64,000 bases of DNA from Bdellovibrio sp. ZAP7. GTDB taxonomy: Bacteria; Bdellovibrionota; FAC87; UBA2466. The stretch covers positions 3,099-67,098 of the forward strand of contig CAMCTJ010000002.1 in the NCBI GenBank assembly GCA_945878405.1, in the 5' to 3' direction. Numbering within the stretch: the stretch's first letter is position 1; each line of letters opens with the position of its first letter. Both the position numbers and the translations under genes were made by a program. The notes below the pieces were generated by a model. The model saw only the letters and a list, made by a program, of their open reading frames with translations. It had not been told where the DNA came from and ran no database searches. This document shows, piece by piece, positions 1 through 9,041 of the stretch.

Positions 1-354
1 TACAAAAGACCGGGTAAGCGAGGCCACCCCACAAGCATGTCCTAAGAAATTTAGGAGGGTTCTTTCAATGGCTAAAAGAGTTTTTCGGGGACCGGTTAAT
101 TCAACGATTTGTGTGCCGGAAGAAAGCTGGGCCCCTTCCGAAATCCCCCAATGAAACTCTACTTCACCGGCAAAAAGGGATTGAAAAGATTCCAAAACGG
201 AAACCCCAGAAAAAATCCCATTTTCCTTCGAAAATACAAATGCTTGAACTGGTTTGTTCTGGCCATTTTCGAGCAGTTTACCCGTGACGTCCTGAGTAAA
301 ATGATCGGTTTCCAGCTCATTTTGGATCAAATGTACAAGACTAAAGGAATTCAT
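1..354 (-). CDS. nadC: nicotinate-nucleotide (quinolinate) pyrophosphorylase, N-terminal part; the gene runs off the left edge
   Basis: My own reverse-strand translation from the ATG at 354-352 gives MNSFSLVHLIQNELETDHFTQDVTG...LTGPRKTLLAIERTLLNFLGHACGVASLTRSFV. The ERTxLNFL...G(I/V)A(S/T)LT block is typical of NadC. The frame is open to base 1. It is absent from the ORF track because there is no stop in the window. Confidence 0.8.
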   Translation of the reverse strand, partial: MNSFSLVHLIQNELETDHFTQDVTGKLLENGQNKPVQAFVFSKENGIFSGVSVLESFQSLFAGEVEFHWGISEGAQLSSGTQIVELTGPRKTLLAIERTLLNFLGHACGVASLTRSFV

Positions 355-369
355 TAACGCTTAGCACTA

Positions 370-1005
370 TCATAGCTGCTGGCGTTCGACAATCGTCGGG
401 GAAAAGAGCCGATTTTCAAGCGCCACGATGAGGCTCATGACCATCAGCCCCCCCAAAATATCGAGGAAGTAGTGCTGCTTGGTTGTAAGAGTCGAAGCAA
501 AGATGGCAAGCGACCAAAGACTAAAAGCCAACAAGGTCCGGCGCCCAAAGTGCCGCATTGACCAAGTGGCAACTGCGGTAAGGCCCACGTGCATGCTGGG
601 AAAACAATTTCTAGGAGAATCAGCTAAGGCCACAAACTGCATGACGGCTCCCAGTAACCAGTGGGTTTCTGCAGGATAATTTGGACGAGGGTAGGTGGTA
701 GGAAATCCATAAAAGAAAGCGCCACAGACAAAGAGCACTCCAAACATCATCCGTGTGAAGGAATTAAATTTTTCTTTTTCAGTTAAAAGAAACATAGCAA
801 CTACAAAAACAAAATAGTCCGAAGTGTAGATCAAAAAAGTCCAGGGAATGAGAGGCACAGCTCTATCAATCCAGAACAAAGGAAGTTCTTTGGGGGAAAG
901 GCTCAAAAAGAAATTAGGAATCACATAGAGAAGACCATAAGCACTCATGAACAGAGCAAAAATACCGAGGCGATAAGCAAAGCTGCAGTTCTTAGGTGAC
1001 ACCAT
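370..1005 (-). CDS. PAP2-superfamily membrane protein (PAP2_3 / inositol-phosphorylceramide-synthase-like)
   Basis: 211 aa and polytopic. The motifs FPSMHVGLTAV and KQHYFLDILGG resemble the C2/C3 (SxH ... HYxxD) motifs of the PAP2_3 branch. Confidence 0.65.
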   Translation of the reverse strand: MVSPKNCSFAYRLGIFALFMSAYGLLYVIPNFFLSLSPKELPLFWIDRAVPLIPWTFLIYTSDYFVFVVAMFLLTEKEKFNSFTRMMFGVLFVCGAFFYGFPTTYPRPNYPAETHWLLGAVMQFVALADSPRNCFPSMHVGLTAVATWSMRHFGRRTLLAFSLWSLAIFASTLTTKQHYFLDILGGLMVMSLIVALENRLFSPTIVERQQL

Positions 1006-1036
1006 GTTTCGATCTCACCAGCTTTTACTTTTTTCG

Positions 1037-1576
1037 TCAACGGGCCAAGAGCTCATCAATTTGCCGAAACATTTCTGGAGATGCCCAATCACGGGGACCT
1101 TCGAAGGTTTTTACAGGACGTCCCTCGCGATTAATAAAAATCGTATAGGGAATTCCCTCCAATTTGTATTGAGAGATCTGCGATCTCTTAACATTGAAAA
1201 TCAAATTTTGCGGGAGACGGATTCCTTCCAATTTATCTCTTAATTCAGACTCGGGACTTTCCTGTATATTAACGGCTAGGACGGTCAACCCATGGCTCCT
1301 ATAATTCTTTTCCAGAACACTTAAAGAAGGCATTTCTTCCATGCACGGCTCGCACCACGTAGCCCAAAAATTGAGAAGAACTGCATTTCCCTTGAGGTCA
1401 TGCAAGTTGACTGTTTTACCATTGGGCATGCGAAATTCGAGTTTGGGAGCCAAATTAAAGTCTTTTTCCAGAGAGCCCTCAATCTCAATGTCTCGGGAAA
1501 CTAACGTGAAAAAGATGACCAGGCCCACAATAGCAATAACAGGTATAGCGATGACGATTTTTTTGCTAAGAGCCAT
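1037..1576 (-). CDS. TlpA/ResA-family thiol:disulfide oxidoreductase, membrane anchored
   Basis: N-terminal TM helix. Thioredoxin-fold active site FWATWCEPC in a typical context (GKTVNLHDLKGNAVLLNFWATWC). Confidence 0.85.
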   Translation of the reverse strand: MALSKKIVIAIPVIAIVGLVIFFTLVSRDIEIEGSLEKDFNLAPKLEFRMPNGKTVNLHDLKGNAVLLNFWATWCEPCMEEMPSLSVLEKNYRSHGLTVLAVNIQESPESELRDKLEGIRLPQNLIFNVKRSQISQYKLEGIPYTIFINREGRPVKTFEGPRDWASPEMFRQIDELLAR

Positions 1577-1624
1577 AGAAAAAGGGGTTAAGATAAGGAT
1601 AACATTGCTTGGGGAGAAGAAACC

Positions 1625-2074
1625 ATGAATTTGTACGGGGCAGCCAAAGTCGGGGGCGATATCTTAGCTTACTGTGGGAAATGCAAGAGAGACCTTGCCC
1701 ATGTGATCATAGCGATGATGGGGACTAAGCCGGCTCGGGTGATTTGTAAAACTTGTCAGAGTCCCCATAACTATCGACTGGGAGAAAGCGGCAGTTCTTC
1801 GAGGAGAACATCTTCTCTTGCTCCCAAAGCTCCTCGGGCAACCAAGACTTTTGTGAAAAATTCTGAATATTGGGAACAGAAGATGGCTACGAAGAAACAG
1901 CTTCCCATGAAGCCCTATAAAACTCAGGAACTATTCCAATTAGGCGATGTTATTAGTCACACCAAGTTTGGTTTGGGAATCGTCGAAGAAGTAAAAGACA
2001 ACGGAAAAATCGTTGTCCTGTTTCGAGATGAAGAGCGCACCTTGATTCATGGAATGGGTGCATCCGTCCGATAA
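1625..2074 (+). CDS. hypothetical protein with an N-terminal CxxC...CxxC zinc ribbon and a C-terminal small beta-domain
   Basis: YCGKCKRD...ICKTCQSP looks like a zinc ribbon. The C-terminal GDVISHTKFGLGIVEEV...VVLF resembles the short Tudor-like tail seen on UvrD/PcrA-type proteins and DUF3553. Confidence 0.55.
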   Translation: MNLYGAAKVGGDILAYCGKCKRDLAHVIIAMMGTKPARVICKTCQSPHNYRLGESGSSSRRTSSLAPKAPRATKTFVKNSEYWEQKMATKKQLPMKPYKTQELFQLGDVISHTKFGLGIVEEVKDNGKIVVLFRDEERTLIHGMGASVR

Positions 2075-2092
2075 GTTGTTCTGAGATCACTT

Positions 2093-3967
2093 ATGAAATT
2101 CATTGTCATTTACTTGATTCTGACATCGGTCGTCTTATCTTGGGCAAAAGATGCTTCAGATTGCCAAAGGATCTTCGAACGAACCGGAACATCAGTCCTT
2201 GTGGATCGATTAGCAAAAGATCCCGTTGCTCTGTTAAAGGGAAGAGATGCAACTGTCTCTGAGGGGCTTCTGGTAAGAAAATGGGATCCCAGACTTAAAA
2301 CAACTTTTTATCATACCGCCTCGGAACCTGATCATGTTGGAGAGTCTCCGTTGGTCGACCCAAGCGCCAAAGCCGTCGCGCTCTTTTTTCATGGTTCAGG
2401 AACAGCTAAATCAAGTGGTCGAAATTTTATTCACAATATGAATTGGCTTGCCCAACAGGGAATCTCTGGAGTGGCAGTTGATCTTCCTTTCCATGCTTCT
2501 AATAAAGGCGAAGCCCGATTAAGCGATCGAGCCGAGTTCATAAAATGGCTTCGAGAAGCCGTCGGGGAAGTAAAAAAATCTAAAAAACCCATTTATTTAG
2601 TAGGCCACAGTTTCGGACCTGAGATCGCACTTCAGTTCGCTTCGGAATTTCCGAAGGACCTCAACGGCGGAGGGTTGTTTTTGATCTCAGGTGCTTGGGG
2701 AAAAAGTCCTTCTCATGAGTGGATGTATGAAAACGTTACAACTCCTGGAATGTCCTTTATTGGAGGGGATCAAAAAGTTGAAGATAATCCTGCAGGGGGC
2801 GACTGGGCGGGTAAGATGGCTCGACAAAGCGATTGGCACACTCGAGGGCTTTCTCCCGACTTGCGAGTAAAATTGGTAGTAGGAGAAAAAGATGAGTGGT
2901 GGCCTGCTCCTGGACCAGGAGAAAAACTTCCCCGAGGCGTAAACTTAGTGAAACCGTCTGCTCCCTATCCGAACCAGTTGGGAAATGCAGGCATAATGAA
3001 AAAACTGGGAGTTTCCCCCGAACATACTTTTAAAGATGCAGTGAAGTGGACTCAGGAAAAAATCCCTCAAGCGGAAATTGATGTTGTTGAGGGCTATGGG
3101 CACTTTATTTTTGATTCTCGTGATCAAAGAGGTGGGCCACTTCTCAATCGACTTCTCCTTGATTTTGCTGGAATTGAATATTCCAAAACGGCAGAGCAGA
3201 ACAAAAAAACAGCAAGACTTGAAATGGCCCTTCTTGCCGAGAACAACAAAGCTTTTTTGGATTGGGTCGGACAACAAAATCTACCAAAGCTGCTGAAAAC
3301 CGAAGTCAGTGCAGAGCGCGTTTTGGATCAATGGAAGACTATTGAGTTTTTGACTTGGAAAAAAGTTCTCACCGAAATGAAGGAAGTCGATCCGGAATAC
3401 TATGAAAGCAGAAAATATTGGCTAGCTAAAGAGATCAAGGAAATGCCTGAGGATGTCGCCGAGTTTAAGCGCCGAGGGTGGAATGCCAACGAATTGCTTT
3501 TCGATATCAGACGCTATCGTGAATCGATGGAAGGTGGGCAGAGTTCCCCAAAAGGTGAGGATCCATACAAGCCAAAATTACCCCAGGTGTCTGTGGCTCT
3601 TTTAGGGGAACAAGCTCAGACGACTTCTTACGGCGGATCCCTCCTTAATTCAGAATTTCGTAAAAGCCTGGAAGGAAAAGGAAGTATTCAGAAAGAAGAA
3701 GAACTGGCACCAGGTTTTAAAAGACTTACTTTTGAATATAAGGGTAATGAAGGAAAAACCTGGGTCGTTTTGGATTCGGAAAGCCCAGAAAAAGTAACTG
3801 AATTTCTCCAGCGTGCGTATGAGGAAGCTTATCGCGCCAATGGTTTCATTGCTCCAGGAGACAACTGGGAAGCGGTAGTGGATGGAATCAGAGTAAAAGC
3901 TGCAAATCGCTTAGATCATAAAAATAAAATCTACCGATTGGAACGAGTCACGTTTTCTAAGGATTAA
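2093..3967 (+). CDS. secreted alpha/beta-hydrolase-fold protein with a long unknown C-terminal region
   Basis: Signal peptide MKFIVIYLILTSVVLSWA. Nucleophile elbow LVGHSFGPE (GxSxG), preceded by ALFFHGSG. About 250 C-terminal aa have no motif I recognise. Confidence 0.65.
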   Translation: MKFIVIYLILTSVVLSWAKDASDCQRIFERTGTSVLVDRLAKDPVALLKGRDATVSEGLLVRKWDPRLKTTFYHTASEPDHVGESPLVDPSAKAVALFFHGSGTAKSSGRNFIHNMNWLAQQGISGVAVDLPFHASNKGEARLSDRAEFIKWLREAVGEVKKSKKPIYLVGHSFGPEIALQFASEFPKDLNGGGLFLISGAWGKSPSHEWMYENVTTPGMSFIGGDQKVEDNPAGGDWAGKMARQSDWHTRGLSPDLRVKLVVGEKDEWWPAPGPGEKLPRGVNLVKPSAPYPNQLGNAGIMKKLGVSPEHTFKDAVKWTQEKIPQAEIDVVEGYGHFIFDSRDQRGGPLLNRLLLDFAGIEYSKTAEQNKKTARLEMALLAENNKAFLDWVGQQNLPKLLKTEVSAERVLDQWKTIEFLTWKKVLTEMKEVDPEYYESRKYWLAKEIKEMPEDVAEFKRRGWNANELLFDIRRYRESMEGGQSSPKGEDPYKPKLPQVSVALLGEQAQTTSYGGSLLNSEFRKSLEGKGSIQKEEELAPGFKRLTFEYKGNEGKTWVVLDSESPEKVTEFLQRAYEEAYRANGFIAPGDNWEAVVDGIRVKAANRLDHKNKIYRLERVTFSKD

Positions 3968-5108
3968 TACTAGCTACGTAGGAAAATGTTCCCGAAGGTT
4001 CCACTTTTAAAACCACCGCCGGCTTGATCGCGTTTCGGTCCGAGTTAATAGAAATCACTCCTGTAACCCCTTGAAAATTTCGCGTAGACGCAATGGCTTC
4101 TCGGATGTTTTTAGGACTCAGATCAGAAGAACGTTGAATCGCATCCAGCGCAATCGAGGCAGCATCATAGCCTAGAGCGGAAAGTCCATTGGGCCGGTGG
4201 CCGTATTGTTCTTCAAAGCGAGAGACAAAGCCCTGTACTGCTGCGTTTTTATCATCTGCTGAAAAATGATGACTAAAATAAGCCGGCAAGAGTGGGCTCT
4301 GGTCCTGTGGGTTTAAATGGAGTCCGTCCCAGCCATCTCCTCCTAAGAGAACAGCTCGAATTCCAATTTCTTTTGCCAGAGGAATAATTTTCTCTACTTC
4401 ACGGTAATAACCAGGAATAAAAATAATATCTGCCTTTGTAGATTTAATTTTGAGGAGTTGGGCACGATAGTTCCCAGCTCGTGAAGAATAATTGAGGTCA
4501 ATGAGGATTTGGCCGCCCATTTTTTTAAAATCATCTGAGAAAAAATTGGCTAGAGCGTGGCTGTATTCACTTTCCTGATCTCTAAGAATGGCTGCTTTTT
4601 TTAAATTAAGATGGTTGATTGCAAATTTTGCCATCACTGAACCCTGGAAGGGTTCTATAAAACAGCTTCTAAAAATATAATTCCCCAATTGTGTGATTTT
4701 AGGATGAGTGCTCGCAGGGCTAATCATCGGTACTTGATAAGATTGAGCAACGGGAGCTGCTGCTAAAGAAAGAGAGCTGGCTACCTCTCCCAAAATGACG
4801 TGCACGTGATCGTGATTGATGAGCTTTGTGACTGCCGAAATCGCTTTTTCAGCTTTTCCCTCGGTATCGTAAGAGATGATCTTGATGTGTTTTTTCCGGA
4901 TTCCGCCTTTACGATTCGCTTCCTCTACGGCCATCCAGATTCCTTTATGAGTGTCTGTTCCGAAAACGCTTTCAGCACCCGTCATGGCGCCGTACTCCCC
5001 CAATCGAATTTCGTTCTCTATAATGGGCAAGGTTTTGGAGGAGGAATGCTCGAAACAGCCCGACAGTAAAAAAGCCAATAGGAAATAAAGGGATAAAAGA
5101 ACTTTCAT
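3957..5108 (-). CDS. LivK/Peripla_BP_6-type amino-acid-binding lipoprotein (ABC substrate-binding protein)
   Basis: Lipobox LLSGC. IRLGEYGAMTGAESVFG...GGIRKKHIKIISYDTEGKAEKA...VILGEVASS is typical of Leu/Ile/Val-binding proteins. No permease or ATPase genes lie adjacent. Confidence 0.8.
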   Translation of the reverse strand: MKVLLSLYFLLAFLLSGCFEHSSSKTLPIIENEIRLGEYGAMTGAESVFGTDTHKGIWMAVEEANRKGGIRKKHIKIISYDTEGKAEKAISAVTKLINHDHVHVILGEVASSLSLAAAPVAQSYQVPMISPASTHPKITQLGNYIFRSCFIEPFQGSVMAKFAINHLNLKKAAILRDQESEYSHALANFFSDDFKKMGGQILIDLNYSSRAGNYRAQLLKIKSTKADIIFIPGYYREVEKIIPLAKEIGIRAVLLGGDGWDGLHLNPQDQSPLLPAYFSHHFSADDKNAAVQGFVSRFEEQYGHRPNGLSALGYDAASIALDAIQRSSDLSPKNIREAIASTRNFQGVTGVISINSDRNAIKPAVVLKVEPSGTFSYVASINP

Positions 5109-5204
5109 TGCGTCTTATCTGTTTCGAGCTATCTATCCGTAATGTCAATTTAAACAGCGCTCGGATTGACAGTCTCAGCCCGGGTCACCTATTCTTTGGG
5201 GCCT

Positions 5205-5444
5205 ATGAGCAACCCAAACGAAAACAACACATTTGAAACCTCTTTGAAGGAACTTGAAAAAATCGTCGGCCAGCTTGAGGGCGGAGAAATTCCCCTAGAA
5301 GCTCAACTAAAGGCCTTCGAAAAAGGGGTGGCTTTATCCCGCGAATGCTTAAAGCAATTAGAAGAGGTTGAGCGAAAAGTTGAACTGCTGATGCAGACTC
5401 CAGAAGGGGATCTTAAAACAACTCCTTTTGATGTTTCTCAATGA
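5205..5444 (+). CDS. xseB: exodeoxyribonuclease VII small subunit
   Basis: MSNPNENNTFETSLKELEKIVGQLEGGEIPLEAQLKAFEKGVALSRECLKQL is the XseB consensus. I prefer the internal ATG at 5205 over the ORF-track start at 5166. It lies upstream of ispA-dxs, as in many bacteria. Confidence 0.85.
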   Translation: MSNPNENNTFETSLKELEKIVGQLEGGEIPLEAQLKAFEKGVALSRECLKQLEEVERKVELLMQTPEGDLKTTPFDVSQ

Positions 5445-6331
5445 ATTTCAAGACTTATTCTTCAGAGTGGGTAGCCTTAGTGGATGCTGGGATTGAGCAG
5501 AGTCTCAATCATTATCGAAAAACAGCCTCTCAACGGTTTGCTCCTCTCATTGAAGCAATGGAGTACAGTCTCTCCGGCGGCGGAAAAAGATTTCGGCCAA
5601 TGCTTACTCTTGCCACTGCACAGTGCTTAGGAATCGATCCTCAGGAGGTTTTGCCGGCTGCACTGGCTGTGGAGTACATCCATACCTATTCCCTAATCCA
5701 CGACGACTTACCCGCTCTAGACGATGACGATACACGCAGAGGAAAGCCTTCCAGCCATAAAAAATTTGGAGAAGCGGTCGCTATTTTGGCAGGGGATGCT
5801 CTTCTCACTGAAGCCTTTGGACTTCTCGGGCGACTTCAGGAGCAAAAGAAGTTTAGTCCCGCTCATGTTTTGTCAGCTTTAGACCTTTTAGTATCGGCGG
5901 CAGGGGTACGGGGACTAGTTGGCGGGCAATTTATCGATATTACGTTAGAACAGACCCAGTTCAATTTGCCCGAAGTCGAATTTATCCATATCCATAAAAC
6001 CGGAGCGATGATTGTGGCTTCGGTGCTCTTGCCAGCCCGATTAAGTGGGTTGGACGAAAAAAACTCTTTATTATTAAAGCGTTATGGAAGTGCACTGGGG
6101 TTAGCTTTCCAGATTTCAGACGATATTTTGGATGCTCAATCCAGCGGCCGATATGCCAGAGGCCCCCGAAAAAAAGCCCGTCCCGCGTATAGCGAGCTCA
6201 TGAACCGGGCTGAAATGCAGGATCTTTTAGACCAATTAATTCAAACGGCTATTGAATCTGTGGAACCTTGGGGTGACAAATCCCAAGCACTCAGAGATAT
6301 TGCTGAGTTCATCCGACATAGGAAATACTAG
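5441..6331 (+). CDS. ispA: farnesyl/geranyl diphosphate synthase
   Basis: First Asp-rich motif LIHDDLPALDDDDTRRG and second Asp-rich motif FQISDDILD. ATGA overlap with xseB. Confidence 0.9.
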   Translation: MNFKTYSSEWVALVDAGIEQSLNHYRKTASQRFAPLIEAMEYSLSGGGKRFRPMLTLATAQCLGIDPQEVLPAALAVEYIHTYSLIHDDLPALDDDDTRRGKPSSHKKFGEAVAILAGDALLTEAFGLLGRLQEQKKFSPAHVLSALDLLVSAAGVRGLVGGQFIDITLEQTQFNLPEVEFIHIHKTGAMIVASVLLPARLSGLDEKNSLLLKRYGSALGLAFQISDDILDAQSSGRYARGPRKKARPAYSELMNRAEMQDLLDQLIQTAIESVEPWGDKSQALRDIAEFIRHRKY

Positions 6332-8289
6332 TGGGAAAGCTACTCGATCAAATTAATTTACCGCAGGACTTGCGCCGCCTGAAAGGGAAGGAGCTCGGTC
6401 CGGTTTGTGATGAGGTCAGAGATCTGATTTTGGAAGTCATTTCCCAAAAAGGCGGCCATTTTTCATCTAATTTAGGAACGGTAGAACTAACCGTTGCTCT
6501 CCACTATGTGTTTGATACCCCCAAAGATAAATTAGTCTGGGATGTCGGTCATCAAGCTTACCCACACAAGATCCTCACCGGGAGAAAAGATCGTTTTCAC
6601 ACCATTCGGCAACATGGCGGAATTAGTGGTTTCACAAGTCGAGCAGAGAGCGAGTATGACCATTTTGGAGCTGGCCACGCGAGTACTTCTATTTCGGCTG
6701 CTTTAGGAATTGCGGAAGGGTTAAGACTCAGCGGTTCTGATCATATGGCTATTGCCATTATTGGCGATGGCTCGATGACTGGTGGACTTGCTTTTGAAGC
6801 TTTGAATAATGCCGGTCATATTCCTGCCAAGAACTTAGTTGTGATTTTAAATGATAACGATATGGCCATCGACTCCAATGTGGGGGCGCTGAACCGTTTC
6901 GTGAATCATGCTTTGATTCACCCTGGTTACAATCGTTTAAGAAATGAAATCAAATCAGCTGTAGATTCTATGGCGAGCCATGGAGTAGACCTTTCCAAGT
7001 TAGCTTCTCGCGCTCGTAAGAGCATGAAAAATTTCTTTACGCCGGGAATTCTCTTTGAATGTTTTGGATTTCGATACATGGGGCCTATCGACGGCCATGA
7101 CATCGATGCCGTAGTGGAAGCCCTTTCCTTTGTGAAGGAGACCGGCTCCGAGGGCGGACCTTATTTGGTTCATGTGGTCACCAAAAAAGGAAAAGGTTAT
7201 AAACTCGCTGAAGAAAATTCGCTGAAGTACCACGGAGTATCTCCTTTTTCGATTAAAGACGGTATTCAACCCGGAGCTCCTAAAAAACCAAATTACCAAG
7301 ATGTTTTTTCCGATACTTTGATCCAGTTAGCAAAAGAAGATCCCAGAATCGTCGCGATTACTGCAGCAATGCCTAGCGGAACAGGAATCAATAAGTTTCA
7401 AAAAGAATTTCCAAAAAGAACTTACGACGTGGGAATTGCAGAAAGCCATGCCGTTCTCTTTGCTGCTGGCCTGGCGACTGAAGGGTATCGACCAGTAGCT
7501 GCTATCTATTCTACATTTTTGCAAAGAGCTTACGATCAGTGCATCCACGATGTGGGTATTCAAAACCTTCCGGTGATTTTTGCGATGGATCGAGCTGGGT
7601 TGGTGGGTGCGGATGGAGTGACCCATCAGGGAGCTTTTGATCTGACTTACTTAAGAGCCATCCCGAACTTTGTAATCATGGCTCCCAAAGATGAAAACGA
7701 ATTGCAACACATGGTAAAAACGTCAGTGGAATATCAAAAGGGTCCGATTGCGTTCCGTTATCCTCGAGGAGAGGTCGTGGGCGTTCCCATGGATAAAAAA
7801 CTCAAGACCTTACCGATCGGAAAAGGAGAGCTTCTAAAAGCTGATAAAGAACAAGTGGATGTCCTTTTGATTGGAATTGGTTTTGCCGTTCAGACCGTTC
7901 TTGAGGCCCAAGAAAAAGTACGTTCGGAAGGGTTTAGCACCGCTAGTATTAATGCACGCTTTGTAAAACCCTTGGATGAAAAACTCTTAGTTGAATGGAT
8001 CAGCCGTTCCAAATTGGTCGTCACGCTTGAGGAAAATACTGTCTGCGGGGGATTTGGAAGCGCGGTACTCGAGCTGATGCAGAAAAAGAGTTTGAAGCAG
8101 TCCGCTCTTTGTTTGGGACTTCCTGATCTTTTTATTGATCATGCAAGTCCTGCAGTTCAAAGGAAACAGACTGGTTTGGATGCGGATAGTGTCGTTGCAA
8201 AAATCCTCGAAAAAATAAACGAATCGAAACCTTCTTCTGTTCCAGGAAGTCGACGGACCACAGCAGAAAGTTCTATCGTCCTCAATTAA
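6331..8289 (+). CDS. dxs: 1-deoxy-D-xylulose-5-phosphate synthase
   Basis: GGHFSSNLGTVELTVALHYVF, the TPP motif IGDGSMTGGLAFEALNNAG, and a transketolase-like C-terminal half. GTG start overlapping the ispA stop. Confidence 0.95.
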   Translation: MGKLLDQINLPQDLRRLKGKELGPVCDEVRDLILEVISQKGGHFSSNLGTVELTVALHYVFDTPKDKLVWDVGHQAYPHKILTGRKDRFHTIRQHGGISGFTSRAESEYDHFGAGHASTSISAALGIAEGLRLSGSDHMAIAIIGDGSMTGGLAFEALNNAGHIPAKNLVVILNDNDMAIDSNVGALNRFVNHALIHPGYNRLRNEIKSAVDSMASHGVDLSKLASRARKSMKNFFTPGILFECFGFRYMGPIDGHDIDAVVEALSFVKETGSEGGPYLVHVVTKKGKGYKLAEENSLKYHGVSPFSIKDGIQPGAPKKPNYQDVFSDTLIQLAKEDPRIVAITAAMPSGTGINKFQKEFPKRTYDVGIAESHAVLFAAGLATEGYRPVAAIYSTFLQRAYDQCIHDVGIQNLPVIFAMDRAGLVGADGVTHQGAFDLTYLRAIPNFVIMAPKDENELQHMVKTSVEYQKGPIAFRYPRGEVVGVPMDKKLKTLPIGKGELLKADKEQVDVLLIGIGFAVQTVLEAQEKVRSEGFSTASINARFVKPLDEKLLVEWISRSKLVVTLEENTVCGGFGSAVLELMQKKSLKQSALCLGLPDLFIDHASPAVQRKQTGLDADSVVAKILEKINESKPSSVPGSRRTTAESSIVLN

Positions 8290-8291
8290 AC

Positions 8292-9041
8292 ATGGGAAAA
8301 AAACGACTCGACGTTTTATTAGTCGAACGTGGACTCTGTGAGAGCCGCGAGAAAGCCCAGGCTTTGATATTGGCTGGAGAGGTTTTTGGTCCGCAAGGGC
8401 AGAGACTAGAAAAGCCGGGAACTGCTTATCCTGTGGACTTTGAAATCGAGGTCAAATCTCGTTCGCTTCTGTTTAAAAGTCGGGCGGGGCATAAGCTGCA
8501 ATTTGCCATCGACAAGTTCCAAGTTTCAGTAACTGGAAAAGTATGTATGGATATCGGAGCCTCGACCGGGGGATTTACTCACTGTCTTTTGAAAAGCGGA
8601 GCTTCCCATGTAGTCGCAATCGACGTTGGCTACGGACAATTGGATGCTGAGCTTCGCAATCATCCCCAAGTCAGTAATCTAGAGAAAACCAATGCACGCT
8701 ACCTCACAAAAGAAACGCTGGGGGACTGGGGTGAGAAAGTGGAGCTGGCCGTGGTCGACGTTTCTTTTATTTCTATTGAAAAAGTAATTGAGCCCCTATC
8801 GAAAGAGTTTCTGTCTCTGAAACAGTGGCTTTTGCTTTTTAAGCCACAATTTGAAGTGGGTCCTGAAAACTTAGGAAAAAAAGGGAAGGTAAGAAGCGAT
8901 GAAGCGGTTCAAAAAAGTCTTCATAAATTTGAGGAATGGATGAGCATTCGCGGCTTTCAGAAAAAAGGTGGTCCTGAAACTTCTCCTCTTCCAGGTAAAA
9001 AAAGTGGTAATCTAGAGTACTTATTTTTTTATGAACGCTAG
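8292..9041 (+). CDS. tlyA: TlyA-family 16S/23S rRNA 2'-O-methyltransferase (hemolysin A-like)
   Basis: N-terminal S4 domain (RLDVLLVERGLCESREKAQALILAGEV). FtsJ-type SAM motif DIGASTGGFTHCLL. Confidence 0.85.
   Translation: MGKKRLDVLLVERGLCESREKAQALILAGEVFGPQGQRLEKPGTAYPVDFEIEVKSRSLLFKSRAGHKLQFAIDKFQVSVTGKVCMDIGASTGGFTHCLLKSGASHVVAIDVGYGQLDAELRNHPQVSNLEKTNARYLTKETLGDWGEKVELAVVDVSFISIEKVIEPLSKEFLSLKQWLLLFKPQFEVGPENLGKKGKVRSDEAVQKSLHKFEEWMSIRGFQKKGGPETSPLPGKKSGNLEYLFFYER

Noticed and set aside
109-357. An 82-aa plus-strand ORF at the left edge.
   Set aside because: It is antisense to a clear NadC N-terminal coding sequence (1-354, minus strand) and has no recognisable motif.
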